From an uncultured delta proteobacterium (lineage in GTDB: Bacteria; Myxococcota; Myxococcia; Myxococcales; Anaeromyxobacteraceae), in contig CAWHDZ010000017.1 in NCBI GenBank assembly GCA_963828255.1, positions 96,001 to 160,000 of the forward strand: a DNA stretch of 64,000 nt, in the 5' to 3' direction. Shown piece by piece: positions 38,494-49,007 of this stretch. The translations under genes were made by a program, and so were the position numbers. Each line of letters starts with the position of its first letter. Position 1 is the stretch's first letter. Under the pieces are notes generated by a model that was not told the origin of the DNA, searched no databases, and saw only the letters and a program-made list of their open reading frames with translations.

Positions 38494-39294
38494 ATGAAGC
38501 GCGTCGCCGCCGCCGCACTCGCCGCACTCTCCGTAGCCGCCTGCGGTCCGACCTCCCCGCCGCTCGTGGAGGTGACCATCTGGTGGGAGTTCGACCGGAA
38601 TACGCTGATCGACGGCGTGCCCGACTTCGTCCCCTATGACACGTTCGTCAACTGGACACCCGGCACGGGCAACCGCAGGTGCCCCGATTCCAGGGTCGAC
38701 TTCGTGATCGTCTTCGACAACGCCGGGAACCAACTTTCCCCGGCCACCCCCTGCATCAACCAGGACGTGCAGGGGACGGTGGTCCTCGGATTCCAGGCGC
38801 CCAGCGTCTACTGGGTCGAAGGCTGGCGCAATGGTGTCTCGGTTCCCTTGTACCGGGGCCAGGTGACGATCGACGGGAGCGCTCCACCGCCGGCGCCGCC
38901 ATACTCGGGGACCGCCATCGCGGCCGGCATCCAGAGCAACCTCACCATCGACATGATCCTCGCCGACGCCAACGCCCCGCTCGGCTGGCCGACCTGCGGT
39001 ACCGCCCGCGTCGACCAGTTCCAGGGCTGGGTCGAGGACTGGAACGGCACGTTGGTGTGGAGCAACACCATCAACTGCGGCCCCTCCTTCATGCCGAGCA
39101 TCCAGTACGGGCCCGTGGACCGCGACGACCTGTTCATCTGGATCGACACTCTCGACAACACGTTCGCGCCGCCCGACATCCCTTGGTCGATCTGCGACTT
39201 CGGCTTCGGCCACTTTCAGAACAACCTCTTCTCGCTCCGGATCCCGCAGGGTATCTGCCCTCTGGGTACTCCCGCCCTCCGCGCGTCGAGGTAG
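38494..39294 (+). CDS. Lipoprotein of unknown function with apparent internal two-fold repeat
   Basis: GGAGG RBS, lipobox VAAC, 6 further Cys; CPDSRVDF and CGTARVDQ half-repeats. Confidence 0.75.
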   Translation: MKRVAAAALAALSVAACGPTSPPLVEVTIWWEFDRNTLIDGVPDFVPYDTFVNWTPGTGNRRCPDSRVDFVIVFDNAGNQLSPATPCINQDVQGTVVLGFQAPSVYWVEGWRNGVSVPLYRGQVTIDGSAPPPAPPYSGTAIAAGIQSNLTIDMILADANAPLGWPTCGTARVDQFQGWVEDWNGTLVWSNTINCGPSFMPSIQYGPVDRDDLFIWIDTLDNTFAPPDIPWSICDFGFGHFQNNLFSLRIPQGICPLGTPALRASR

Positions 39295-39303
39295 ATTCCG
39301 CCG

Positions 39304-40086
39304 ATGCCCCGCATCGGCATCTTCGACTCCGGCGTGGGCGGGCTCACCGTCCAGCGCGCCATCCTCGACGCGCTGCCGGGGCTCGACACCGTCTACCTCG
39401 GCGACACCGCCCGCGTTCCCTACGGGACCAAGTCGCCGGAGGTGGTGACCCAGTATTCGGTCCGCAATGGCCGGGTGCTGGTCTCCCGCGGCGTCGAGAT
39501 GCTGGTGGTCGCCTGCAACACCGCATCGGCGGTCGCGCTGCCGGCCATGCGGGAGGCCTTCGACGTCCCGGTCCTCGGCGTGGTCGAGCCCGGGGCCCGC
39601 GCCGCCGCCAAAGCCACCCGCTCCGGGAGGGTGGGGATCCTCGGAACCCAGAGCACCGTGGCGAGCGGCGCCTACCAGCGGGCGATCGAGGCGCTCCTCC
39701 CCGGCGCCCGGGTCACCGCCCAGGCCTGTCCGCTCTTCGTCCCGCTCGCCGAGGAGGGCTGGACCGACCCCTCAGACGAGGTGGTCCGGCTCGTGGCCCG
39801 GCGCTACCTGGCCCCGGTCCGGGCCGCCGGCGTCGACGTGGTGGTGCTGGGGTGCACGCACTATCCGTTGCTGGCCGAGGCCATCGCCGCGGAGCTCCCC
39901 GGGGTGGTGCTCGTGGACAGCGCCGCCGCCATCGCCGAGGAGGTCCGCGCGCGCTTCCCGGCCTCGGCCACGGGGGGGCCGGCCGCCCACGAGTTCCTGG
40001 TCACCGACACGCCCGACCGGTTCCTCCGGGTCGCTCCCCGCTTCCTGGGACGACCGGTGGAGTCGGCGCGCCACGTCGACGTCTGA
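39304..40086 (+). CDS. murI: Glutamate racemase
   Basis: FDSGVGGLT, PYGTKS, ACNTAS, LGCTHYP. Confidence 0.97.
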   Translation: MPRIGIFDSGVGGLTVQRAILDALPGLDTVYLGDTARVPYGTKSPEVVTQYSVRNGRVLVSRGVEMLVVACNTASAVALPAMREAFDVPVLGVVEPGARAAAKATRSGRVGILGTQSTVASGAYQRAIEALLPGARVTAQACPLFVPLAEEGWTDPSDEVVRLVARRYLAPVRAAGVDVVVLGCTHYPLLAEAIAAELPGVVLVDSAAAIAEEVRARFPASATGGPAAHEFLVTDTPDRFLRVAPRFLGRPVESARHVDV

Positions 40087-40099
40087 TACATTCGCCCCC

Positions 40100-40588
40100 A
40101 TGCCGCCGGGGCCGAAGAAGATGGTTGTCGGCTTCAACCACAACATCAAGTACCGCGGCCAGACCTACCACGCCCAGACCGAGGACTCGGGAGCCGACCG
40201 CGCCCAGGTGGTCACCCACCTGTTCCTGGGGGGCAACATCATCGCCAGCAAGCGGACCGGCTACGCCGACATCGCCGCCGCGGAGAACCTCTCCGACGTG
40301 GTGCGCGCGCTCATGGAGGAGCAGCACAAGGAGGTCCTGCGGAACCTCGTTCACGGAGTGTACGATCACACGGCGCTGCCGCGCGCCCCGGTTCGCGACT
40401 TCGCCCCGGCGCCCTCTCCGGTGGCGGCCCCGGCCGCCGCCCCGGCGGTCGCCCCGCCTCCGCCGGTGGAGGAGATGCCGGCCCGCCCGGCCGACACCCT
40501 CTTCGGCGAGGACCTCATCTCCGAGCGGTCCCTCGACGAGGTGATCCTGGCCTACCTGGCGGGGGACGACGGCCGGGCAGGCCGTTGA
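40100..40588 (+). CDS. Conserved hypothetical protein
   Basis: GFNHNIKYRGQTYHAQTEDSG N-terminal domain, Pro/Ala linker, FGEDLISERSLDEVILAYL tail; normal coding bias. Confidence 0.75.
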   Translation: MPPGPKKMVVGFNHNIKYRGQTYHAQTEDSGADRAQVVTHLFLGGNIIASKRTGYADIAAAENLSDVVRALMEEQHKEVLRNLVHGVYDHTALPRAPVRDFAPAPSPVAAPAAAPAVAPPPPVEEMPARPADTLFGEDLISERSLDEVILAYLAGDDGRAGR

Positions 40589-40601
40589 GCGCGGGGGCCC
40601 G

Positions 40602-41285
40602 ATGATCCAGCTCTTCCACGTCGAGAAGCGGTACGGGGAGGAGGCCCCGGCGCTCGTCGACGTGACCCTGGAGATCAAGAAGGGCGAGTTCGTCTTCCTG
40701 ACCGGACCGTCCGGCGCCGGCAAGTCCACGCTGCTGCGGCTCATCTTCTGCGCCGAGCCCCCCACCGCCGGGCAGGTGCTGGTCTTCGGGCGCAACGTGG
40801 CACGGATCCGCGCCTCCTCCGTTCCGTACGTCCGACGCAGCATCGGCGTGGTCTTCCAGGACTTCAAGCTGCTCCCGAACCGGACCCTGGCCGAGAACGT
40901 GGCTTTTCCACTTCAAGTGAAGGGTGTACGCCCGGCCGACGTGGGACGGCGGGTGACCCAGGCGCTGCGCGGGGTGGGGCTCGAGCACCGCGCCAGCCGG
41001 TTCCCGCTCAGCCTCTCCGGCGGGGAGCAGCAGCGCGCCGCGGTGGCCAGGGCGCTGGTGGGCGATCCCGCGCTCCTCCTCGCCGACGAGCCCACCGGCA
41101 ACCTCGACCCCGACCGGACGGCGGAGGTGCTGCTGCTCCTCGAGGCGGCCAACGCCCGCGGGACCACCGTGGTGGTGGCGACACACGACCGGGCCATCCT
41201 GTCGCGCCACAAGAAGCGGGTCGTCGCCCTGGAGGGGGGACGGGTCGTGGGGGACGGGGCGCCGCAGCGCCCCTCCGCGGGATAG
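40602..41285 (+). CDS. ftsE: Cell division ATP-binding protein FtsE
   Basis: GPSGAGKST, VVFQDFKLL, LSGGEQQR, ADEPTGNLD, ATHD. Confidence 0.95.
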   Translation: MIQLFHVEKRYGEEAPALVDVTLEIKKGEFVFLTGPSGAGKSTLLRLIFCAEPPTAGQVLVFGRNVARIRASSVPYVRRSIGVVFQDFKLLPNRTLAENVAFPLQVKGVRPADVGRRVTQALRGVGLEHRASRFPLSLSGGEQQRAAVARALVGDPALLLADEPTGNLDPDRTAEVLLLLEAANARGTTVVVATHDRAILSRHKKRVVALEGGRVVGDGAPQRPSAG

Positions 41286-41287
41286 CC

Positions 41288-42175
41288 ATGCACCGGATCC
41301 TGCACACCATCCAGCGGTCCATGGACGCGATGGTCCGCGCGCCCTACGTGACCGCCGTGGCGGTGGGGACCATCTATGTCGCCATCCTGCTCACCGGCGC
41401 CTTCGCGGCCACGCTGGGCGCGGGTGGGCGGCTGCTGGCCGGCTGGGCCGGCGAGGTGCCGGTCTCCGTCTACCTGGCTCCGGGAGCCGACCTGGAGGCG
41501 GCCCGCGCCGCGGCAGCCGCCATCGCGCCGGACGCACAGGTCGAGGCCATCCCGCCCGCCGAGGCGATGCGGCGGCTGCGGGCGTCGCTCGGGGAGCAGG
41601 GGCGGGTGCTCGACGGGCTGGGGGACGACGCCCTGCCCGCCTCGGTGGACGTCCGCGTACCGGCCCTGTCGTACGAGCGGGCCCGGGCGCTCGCGGCCCG
41701 TCTCCGGGCGGTGCCCGGCGCGGTCGAGGTGGACGACGGCGCGGTCTGGCTGGCGCGGATCGAGGGGCTGGTGGAGCGGGGACGGCAGGTGGGGTTCGTC
41801 CTGCTCGCGCTCCTGGGCGCGGCCACGGCCATCCTGGTCTCCAACACCCTGAAGCTCGCGGTCTACGCCCGCCGCGACGAGATCGAGATCATGAAGCTGG
41901 TGGGCGCGACCAACCTCTACGTGGGTGCGCCCATCCTGCTCGAGGGGGGCATCCAGGGTCTCCTGGGCGCCGGGCTGGCCGCCGCCACCCTGGGCGTCTC
42001 CAACCTCCTGCTCCTGCCGCGGGTGAGGGAGGCGCTGCCGCTGGCCGCCCGGCTCGTCCCGGCCGACATCCTCCCCGGACGGCTGCTCGGCGCGCTCCTC
42101 CTGGGCGGCGCGGTGCTCGGGCTGGTGGCGAGCGCCATCTCGCTCCAGCGCTTCCTGAGGAGGCCGGGAGGGTGA
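41288..42175 (+). CDS. ftsX: Cell division permease FtsX
   Basis: NTLKLAVYARRDEIEIMKLVGAT; 4 TMs. Confidence 0.93.
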   Translation: MHRILHTIQRSMDAMVRAPYVTAVAVGTIYVAILLTGAFAATLGAGGRLLAGWAGEVPVSVYLAPGADLEAARAAAAAIAPDAQVEAIPPAEAMRRLRASLGEQGRVLDGLGDDALPASVDVRVPALSYERARALAARLRAVPGAVEVDDGAVWLARIEGLVERGRQVGFVLLALLGAATAILVSNTLKLAVYARRDEIEIMKLVGATNLYVGAPILLEGGIQGLLGAGLAAATLGVSNLLLLPRVREALPLAARLVPADILPGRLLGALLLGGAVLGLVASAISLQRFLRRPGG

Positions 42176-43275
42176 CGGCGGCCCTGCTGCTCGCGCTCGT
42201 CCTCGCCGCCGATCCGCGGGCGCGCCTCTCCGAGCTCGAGGCCCGGAAGGCCGCCGAGCGCGCGGCGGCCCTCGCGCTGGCCGACCGGGAGAGGTCGGTC
42301 CTCGACACGCTGGAGGACGTGGAGCGCGCCTGGCGCGACGCCGAGGCCAGGGCCCGGGTCGCCGAGGCGGAGCGGGCGCGCTCGGCCTCCCGGCTCGAGG
42401 GTGCGGAGCGGGACGAGGGCGTTGCCACGGCCCGCCACCGCGCCCGGGTGGAACGGCTCCGCCCCCGCCTGGCGGCGCTCCAGGTCATGGCCCGGATAGG
42501 GGAGCTGCGCCTGCTGGCCTCCTCGCCGAGCCTGGGCGACCTGGTGAAACGGCGCGCGCTCCTGGGCAAGATCGTGGAGAGGGACTCGGCCACCCTCGGG
42601 GAGGCGCGGGCGGCGCTCCTCGAGCAGGAGCGGCTCACCGCCGAGCGGCGTGGCGAGGCAGCCCGGCTCGCGGCCCTGGCCGCGGACGCGGGGGCGCGGC
42701 GCGCCGAGTCGAGCAGCCGGCGGGACGGGTTCCGGGCCACGCTGGCCGCGGTGCGCGGAGAGAAGCAGCTCCACGAGCGGGCCGCCACCGAGGCCGAGGC
42801 CCAGAGCCGCAAGCTCGCCGAGTTCATCGAGGCGCTCGCCCCCTCGCGCTCCGGGGCGACGACGTACAGCGGCTTCGGGTCGCTGCGGGGCAACCTCCCG
42901 CGTCCGGCCGGAGGGCGAATCGACGTGGGGTTCGGGAAGGTGGTGGACCCCCGCTTCCGCACCGTCACCGTGCAGAAGGGGGTGGATCTGGCCGCGCAGC
43001 GGGGGGAGGCGGTGCAGGCGGTTGCCCCCGGGCGCGTGGTCCACGCCGGCTGGTTCAAGGGGTACGGCAACCTCGTCATCGTGGATCACGGGGAGGGATA
43101 CCACACGCTGGTGGCCCACCTGGCCAGCATGACGGCGGCCGCCGGCGAGGACGTGGAGGCCGGGGCCAAGCTCGGGACCGTGGGGGACACCGGTTCGCTC
43201 AAGGGGGCGTACCTCTACTTCGAGATCCGCGAGAACGGGAAGCCGCTCGACCCGAAGGCCTGGCTCAGGCCATGA
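42172..43275 (+). CDS. envC: Murein hydrolase activator EnvC (coiled coil plus degenerate M23 domain)
   Basis: Long coiled coil, GYGNLVIVDHG, LYFEIR in place of HxH; follows ftsEX. Confidence 0.85.
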   Translation: MTAALLLALVLAADPRARLSELEARKAAERAAALALADRERSVLDTLEDVERAWRDAEARARVAEAERARSASRLEGAERDEGVATARHRARVERLRPRLAALQVMARIGELRLLASSPSLGDLVKRRALLGKIVERDSATLGEARAALLEQERLTAERRGEAARLAALAADAGARRAESSSRRDGFRATLAAVRGEKQLHERAATEAEAQSRKLAEFIEALAPSRSGATTYSGFGSLRGNLPRPAGGRIDVGFGKVVDPRFRTVTVQKGVDLAAQRGEAVQAVAPGRVVHAGWFKGYGNLVIVDHGEGYHTLVAHLASMTAAAGEDVEAGAKLGTVGDTGSLKGAYLYFEIRENGKPLDPKAWLRP

Positions 43276-43338
43276 GAGCGCCGACCGGTTGGCCAGACCA
43301 CCCGGGCGCGGCGCGGCGTCGCGGGTATGATTCCCGGC

Positions 43339-44574
43339 ATGCTCACGAGGTTCCTTCGTCCCGTCCCCCCGGCACTGCTCGTGCTGGCCCTGCTCCACGG
43401 CGGTCGCGCCGCGGCCGCGCCCCGCCGCGACACGACCCAGCCCTACCGCTCCCTCGACGTGCTCGCAGAGGTGCTCGCCTACGTCCAGAACGCCTACGTG
43501 GACGAGACGAAGGAGACGGACCTGGTGCACGCCGCGGTGGAGGGGATGCTCCAGCGGCTCGACCCGCACTCCATGCTCCTGCGCCCCGAGGTCTACCGGG
43601 CCATGCGCGACGAGACCACCGGCGAGTTCGACGGCGTCGGGCTGGAGGTGAGCCAGGAGGCCGACGCGATCGTGGTGGTGGCCCCCCTGGCCGACTCGCC
43701 GGCCGAGCGCGCGGGCATCCTGGCCGGCGACCGGATCGTCGCCGTGGACGGCGTCCCCACGAAGGAGATGCCCGTCGGCGAGGCGACGCGGCGGATGAAG
43801 GGAGCCGCGGGCAGCCAGGTGGTCCTCTCCATCGAGCGGGCCGGGCTGCGGGAGCCCAGGTCGTTCACGCTGGTCCGCGACCACGTCCGGACGACCAGCG
43901 TGGACTGGCGCCTCCTCGACCGGGGTGCGGGCACCGTCTACGTGCGCATCCGCACCTTCCAGGACCGGACCGACCGGGAGCTGCGCCAGGCGCTCGAGGG
44001 GGCGCGCAAGGAGATCGGGGGGCCGATCCAGGGGCTCGTGCTCGACCTCCGGAACAACCCGGGCGGCCTGCTCGAGCAGGCGGTGAAGGTGGCCGACCGG
44101 TTCCTCTCCAGCGGAGTGATCGTCTCCACCGAGTCGCGCGGGAAGCAGCCGGAGGTGGAGCGTGCCCACGAGAAGGACACCGAGCCGGACTACCCGGTCG
44201 TGTTGCTCGTCAACCGGGGGAGCGCGAGCGCGAGCGAGATCGTGGCGGGCGCCCTGCAGGACCACGGGCGGGCCGTCGTGGCCGGGGTGAGGACCTTCGG
44301 GAAGGGCTCGGTGCAGACCATCGTGGAGCTGGACGACGGCTCGGCCCTGAAGCTCACCGTGGCCAGGTACTTCACGCCGAACCACCGGTCGATCCAGGAG
44401 CGGGGGATCGCCCCGGACGTCCTGGTCGAGGCGGCCGACCCGCCGGCCGGCCTCGGGGCCCCCCAAACGGGGCGTGGCGCAGCACGGTCCCCCCCCGACC
44501 CTCAACTGGACAGGGCCGTCGGCCTCCTGAAGGTCGCCCGGGTCTTCCGGGGGACGGCTCCGGTACCCCCCTGA
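43339..44574 (+). CDS. ctpA: C-terminal processing protease, S41A family
   Basis: LDPHS, PDZ domain, LDLRNNPGG, SASASEIVAGALQD, TFGKGSVQ; start could also be 43327. Confidence 0.93.
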   Translation: MLTRFLRPVPPALLVLALLHGGRAAAAPRRDTTQPYRSLDVLAEVLAYVQNAYVDETKETDLVHAAVEGMLQRLDPHSMLLRPEVYRAMRDETTGEFDGVGLEVSQEADAIVVVAPLADSPAERAGILAGDRIVAVDGVPTKEMPVGEATRRMKGAAGSQVVLSIERAGLREPRSFTLVRDHVRTTSVDWRLLDRGAGTVYVRIRTFQDRTDRELRQALEGARKEIGGPIQGLVLDLRNNPGGLLEQAVKVADRFLSSGVIVSTESRGKQPEVERAHEKDTEPDYPVVLLVNRGSASASEIVAGALQDHGRAVVAGVRTFGKGSVQTIVELDDGSALKLTVARYFTPNHRSIQERGIAPDVLVEAADPPAGLGAPQTGRGAARSPPDPQLDRAVGLLKVARVFRGTAPVPP

Positions 44575-44596
44575 CGGTCCCCCGGAAACGTTCGGG

Positions 44597-44624
44597 TTGA
44601 CTTCGTGACGCGCCCGGCTAGACT
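44597..44624 (+). promoter_or_regulatory. sigma70-like promoter upstream of the GT2 gene
   Basis: TTGACT-N16-TAGACT. Confidence 0.45.
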
Positions 44625-44719
44625 TCGCGCCGTCTTGGGCCCAGGGAAGCGGTGAGTCCGCGTTCCTCGTCGCTCGGCGTGTACCAGCGCCCAGCGGTTC
44701 GCTCCTACCCCGAAAGAAG

Positions 44720-46225
44720 ATGAGTTCTATCGAGATCGCCGTCGTCGCAGCCTACGGGCTGGTCCTGCTCGTACTCTCCGTGTACGGGTCGCACCGGTAC
44801 TTCATGGCGTACCTGTACTACCGCCACAAGTACAACGTCCCGGTCCCGCTGCGGCGCTGGGAGGTGCTGCCCCGGGTCACGGTGCAGCTCCCCGTCTTCA
44901 ACGAGATGTACGTGGTGGAGCGGCTCATCGCCGCGGTCTGCGCGCTCGACTACCCCCGGGAGAGGCTCGAGGTCCAGGTCCTGGACGACTCGACCGACGA
45001 GACCACCGGCATTGCCCGGCGGGCGGTCGAGGCCTGGAAGGCCCGGGGCATCGACATCCACTACATCCACCGGACCGACCGGCAGGGGTTCAAGGCCGGG
45101 GCGCTGGAGCACGGCCTCCAGACCGCCACCGGGGAGTTCGTGGCGGTCTTCGACGCCGACTTCGTCCCGCCCCCCGACTTCCTCCGCAAGACCGTGAACC
45201 ACTTCACCGACGACGGCGTGGGCATGGTGCAGGTCCGCTGGGAGCACCTGAACCGCGGTTTCTCCTCGCTCACCGAGGTGCAGTCCATCCTGCTCGACGC
45301 CCACTTCGTCATCGAGCACACGGCGCGCAACCGCTCCGGACGGTTCTTCAACTTCAACGGCACGGCCGGCATCTGGCGACGCACCACCATCGCCGCCGCC
45401 GGCGGCTGGCAGCACGACACGCTCACCGAGGACCTCGACCTCTCCTACCGGGCCCAGATGAAGGGCTGGAAGTTCGTCTTCCTGCCCGAGGTGGTGGCGC
45501 CGGCCGAGATCCCGGTGGAGATGAGCGCCTTCAAGAGCCAGCAGCACCGCTGGGCCAAGGGCTCCATCCAGACGGCCATGAAGCTCCTGCCGCGCATCCT
45601 CTCGAGCGACCTTCCCTACGCGGTGAAGAAGGAGGCCTTCTTCCACCTCACCGCCAACGTGGCCTACCTCCTCATGATCCCGCTCGCCATCCTCATGCCC
45701 ATCACGGTGGTGGTGCGGGTGAGCCACGGCTGGATCGAGGTCCTGCTGCTCGACCTGCCCTTCTTCGCCACCGCCACCATGAGCGTGTGCGTCTTCTACG
45801 TGGCAAGCCAGCGCGAGATCCAGGCCACCACCTGGCAGCGGATCAAGTACCTGCCCTACCTCATGGCGCTCGGCATCGGACTTTCGGTGAACCAGGCGCG
45901 CGCCGTCGTCGAGGCGCTGCTGGGGCACCAGACCGCCTTCACCCGCACCCCCAAGAGCGGCGTCCAGGGTGGCACCGGCGTCGCCCCGAAGCGGCGCTAC
46001 CGCATGGCGGTGAGCCTGCAGCCGCTGCTCGAGCTGGCGCTGGCGGCCTACTTCACGCTGGCCGTGGTCTGGACCATCGATCGGGGCGTCTGGTACTCGC
46101 TGCCCTTCCTGGTGCTCTTCCAGGCCGGCTTCGCCTACGTCGGGATCATGAGCGCCATCGAGGGGCTTCGCGACTTCTGGTCGCGCTTCGTCCCGGCGCC
46201 GCAGCAGATCGCCGACGCGGAGTGA
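44720..46225 (+). CDS. Processive GT2 glycosyltransferase (cellulose-synthase-like)
   Basis: DDS, KAG, FDADF, TED and QQHRW (D,D,D,QxxRW) with flanking TMs. Confidence 0.9.
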   Translation: MSSIEIAVVAAYGLVLLVLSVYGSHRYFMAYLYYRHKYNVPVPLRRWEVLPRVTVQLPVFNEMYVVERLIAAVCALDYPRERLEVQVLDDSTDETTGIARRAVEAWKARGIDIHYIHRTDRQGFKAGALEHGLQTATGEFVAVFDADFVPPPDFLRKTVNHFTDDGVGMVQVRWEHLNRGFSSLTEVQSILLDAHFVIEHTARNRSGRFFNFNGTAGIWRRTTIAAAGGWQHDTLTEDLDLSYRAQMKGWKFVFLPEVVAPAEIPVEMSAFKSQQHRWAKGSIQTAMKLLPRILSSDLPYAVKKEAFFHLTANVAYLLMIPLAILMPITVVVRVSHGWIEVLLLDLPFFATATMSVCVFYVASQREIQATTWQRIKYLPYLMALGIGLSVNQARAVVEALLGHQTAFTRTPKSGVQGGTGVAPKRRYRMAVSLQPLLELALAAYFTLAVVWTIDRGVWYSLPFLVLFQAGFAYVGIMSAIEGLRDFWSRFVPAPQQIADAE

Positions 46226-46252
46226 GGCAGGCGGCCGTCCCCGGGCCGGCCT

Positions 46253-46753
46253 CTACAGCAGCTTCTCGTGCAGGGTGTCTCCGGCGCGCAGCCGCTGCAC
46301 CGGCTCGAAGCCGATCCGCTCCCAGAAGGCCCGCGCACCGTGGTTCTCCCCCGTGACCGACAGTCGCAGGGCGAGGAAACCGTCCCGCCGGAGCGCCACC
46401 TCGAGCCCGGCCGCGGCCTCCCGCCCCAGCCCCTTCCCGTGGAGCGACTCGCGCAGGAGCAGGAGCCGGACGTGGGCGGCGCCCGGCTCGGGCCAGTGGA
46501 GCTGCAGGTCCACGACGCCGGCGGCCTGGCCTGCGCCCCCAGGCGCCCCCGAGGCCGGCCAGAGGAGCAAGAGCCGCCTGTCCGCGTCGGCCTGGGCGTC
46601 GGCGAGGAGCTCCGAGGCGGCGGTGGGGCCGGCCGGGGCGCCGTCCACGAGCTCGTGGTAGGCCGGCGCGTCCTCGAGCAGCTCCTGGAGCGCAGGGAGG
46701 TCGTCCTCCGAGGCCGGGCGGGCCACGAGGCGGTGGGTGCGGAAGGGGTTCAC
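46253..46753 (-). CDS. GNAT family N-acetyltransferase
   Basis: HGKGLG acetyl-CoA motif A, N..ARAFWERIGF motif B; GTG overlaps the HAD stop. Confidence 0.8.
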   Translation of the reverse strand: MNPFRTHRLVARPASEDDLPALQELLEDAPAYHELVDGAPAGPTAASELLADAQADADRRLLLLWPASGAPGGAGQAAGVVDLQLHWPEPGAAHVRLLLLRESLHGKGLGREAAAGLEVALRRDGFLALRLSVTGENHGARAFWERIGFEPVQRLRAGDTLHEKLL

Positions 46754-47502
46754 GCCGCCGCCCCGGGGAGCGCCCCGCCCTCGACCCAGGCGAGGAGCGC
46801 CGGCGCCGCCCCGTCCAGGGTGGAGAGGACCCCGTCGGCCCCCGCCTGCCGGAGCTCGTCGACCCCGTAGCGCCCGGTGGCGACGGCGACGACCGGAACG
46901 CCGTGGGCCCGGGCCGCCGAGACGTCGCGGGGGGTGTCGCCCACCACCAGCGCGTCGGCGGGGTGGAGCGCCGAGCCGAGCCGGCTCCCGCCCCGGTCGA
47001 GGGCGGCCCGGACGAGCAGCTCGCGGGCCTCCCCGTCGTGTGCGAAGCCGGCGATGGCCTCCGGCCCCCACTCGAAGAAGCGGTCGATCTCGCCCCGGGC
47101 CAGCTTCAGGCGGGCCCCCTCGGCGACGTTGCCGGTGCAGAGCCCCAGCGTCGCGTCCGCCGCCGCGAGCGAGGTGAGCACCTCCACCACCCCGGGCAGG
47201 ACGCGAAAGCCGGGCCCCTGGATCTCCTCGCGCAGCGCGAGCACGTAGGCCTCGAGGATCCGGTCGCAGAGCGCGTCGTCGAAGCGGCGCCCCAGGGCGA
47301 CCAGCAACTCCCGGACGATGAGCCGGTCGGTCATCCCGTCGAGCCGGAGGCCTGCGAGCGCGTGCTCCACCCGGCCGAACTCCCCGGTGAGGACCCGCTC
47401 GAGCGACCGGCGCCCCGCGCCTGCGGCGTGGACGAGGGTGCCGTCCACGTCGAAGAGGATCACCCGGCGCCTGGCGCGCCCCGGGCTACGAGAAGAGGGC
47501 AT
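46750..47502 (-). CDS. HAD-superfamily hydrolase (phosphoglycolate phosphatase-like)
   Basis: FDVDGTL, CTGN, VGDTPRDV. Confidence 0.85.
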   Translation of the reverse strand: MPSSRSPGRARRRVILFDVDGTLVHAAGAGRRSLERVLTGEFGRVEHALAGLRLDGMTDRLIVRELLVALGRRFDDALCDRILEAYVLALREEIQGPGFRVLPGVVEVLTSLAAADATLGLCTGNVAEGARLKLARGEIDRFFEWGPEAIAGFAHDGEARELLVRAALDRGGSRLGSALHPADALVVGDTPRDVSAARAHGVPVVAVATGRYGVDELRQAGADGVLSTLDGAAPALLAWVEGGALPGAAA

Positions 47503-48931
47503 CCACGAACTCGTCCGGGTCGAAGGGACGGAGGTCGGCGACCTTCTCGCCGACGCCGACGTAACGGACCGGGATGCGGAGCTCGTCGGAGATCCCGATG
47601 ACCACGCCGCCCTTGGCGGTTCCGTCGAGCTTGGTGAGGGCGATCCCGGTGACCCCGAGCGCCTCGTGGAACTGGCGGGCCTGGGCGATGGCGTTCTGCC
47701 CGTTGGTCGCGTCGAGCACGAGGAGGACCTCGTGGGGAGAGCCGGGCATCGCCTTGTCCAGCACCCGCTTCACCTTCTTCAGCTCCTCCATGAGCGGGAG
47801 CTTGGTGTGGAGCCGTCCGGCGGTGTCGAGGAGCACGACGTCCACCTTCTCCTCGACGCCGCGCTTCACCGCCTCGAAGCAGACGCTGGCCGGGTCGGCG
47901 CCGTCCTTGCCACGGACGATCGGCGCGCCCACCCGCTCGGCCCAGACCTCGAGCTGCTCGCCGGCCGCGGCGCGGAAGGTATCACCGGCGCCGAGCAGCA
48001 CCCGGTGCCCCGCCTGTCCGAGCTTGGAGGCCAGCTTTCCCACCGTGGTGGTCTTTCCCGAGCCGTTCACGCCCACCACCATGATCACGCGGGGGCGGTC
48101 CGCGCCGATGGTGAACTCGCGGTTGGCGCCGGCCGGTCCTCCCAGCGAGACGATGCGGGAGATCTCCTGCCGCAGCGCCGCCTTCAGCTTGGCCGGATCG
48201 TCGAGCTCGCGCCTCTTCACACGCTCCCGCGCCGACTCCAGCAGTGCGGTCGCGGTCTTCACGCCGATGTCGGCGGTGAAGAGGATCTCCTCCATCTCGG
48301 CCAGCGTGGACTCGTCCACCTGGCGCCCGCCGCCGAAGATCCCCTGGAGCCGGGCCATGAAGCCGCCACGGGTCTTCTCGAGACCGGCCGCCAGCGTGCG
48401 CCCGGCCTCGGCCTCGGCGCGCCGCCGCTTCTCCTCCTCCTCGCGAAGGCGGGCCTTCTCGGCCTCCCGGGCGAGTCGCGCCTGCTCCTCCCGGGCGAGC
48501 CGCTCCTCCTCCTCGCGCTCCAGGCGCCGCCGCTCCTTCTCGAGCCGCTCGGCCTCCTTTTTCTGCCGGTAGTCCTCCTTCTTGCGGGCCTCCTCGGCGG
48601 CCGCGTCGGCGACTGCGTCGGCCTCCCGGCGGGCGACCTCGGCTTCCCGGTGCGCGTCCCTTGCGGGGGCGGGGGGCGCTGGAGGGGGGGCCGGGCGCGG
48701 AACCGGCCGCGCGGGCGGGAGCGCGGCTTCGGGAAGGGGCTCCGGCTCGACCCCTTCCTCCCGCTCGAGTTCGCGCTCGATCTCCTGCTGGGAGACCGGT
48801 GGTTCGACGGGCGCGGCGCCCCGCTTGCGGAACATGCGCAGGCCGGCGACGACGAAGAGCGCCACGAGCGCGGCGATGACGGCGGCGCCGATCAGGTCGG
48901 ATGTGGCGAAGGCGAGCGGAATCGGGAGCAC
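47486..48931 (-). CDS. ftsY: SRP receptor FtsY with N-terminal TM and charged helical extension
   Basis: [37 protein letters not shown]. Confidence 0.95.
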   Translation of the reverse strand: MLPIPLAFATSDLIGAAVIAALVALFVVAGLRMFRKRGAAPVEPPVSQQEIERELEREEGVEPEPLPEAALPPARPVPRPAPPPAPPAPARDAHREAEVARREADAVADAAAEEARKKEDYRQKKEAERLEKERRRLEREEEERLAREEQARLAREAEKARLREEEEKRRRAEAEAGRTLAAGLEKTRGGFMARLQGIFGGGRQVDESTLAEMEEILFTADIGVKTATALLESARERVKRRELDDPAKLKAALRQEISRIVSLGGPAGANREFTIGADRPRVIMVVGVNGSGKTTTVGKLASKLGQAGHRVLLGAGDTFRAAAGEQLEVWAERVGAPIVRGKDGADPASVCFEAVKRGVEEKVDVVLLDTAGRLHTKLPLMEELKKVKRVLDKAMPGSPHEVLLVLDATNGQNAIAQARQFHEALGVTGIALTKLDGTAKGGVVIGISDELRIPVRYVGVGEKVADLRPFDPDEFVDALFS

Positions 48932-48974
48932 GAGGACCCTGCGAAGGAGGGGAAAAATGCCGGGAAAGCGAGAC

Positions 48975-49004
48975 CATATAGGTCCCGGTCCGGCGCGGTG
49001 TCAA
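48975..49004 (-). promoter_or_regulatory. sigma70-like promoter for ftsY abutting the tandem repeat
   Basis: Minus strand TTGACA (49004-48999)-N18-TATATG (48980-48975). Confidence 0.5.
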
Positions 49005-49007
49005 CGC

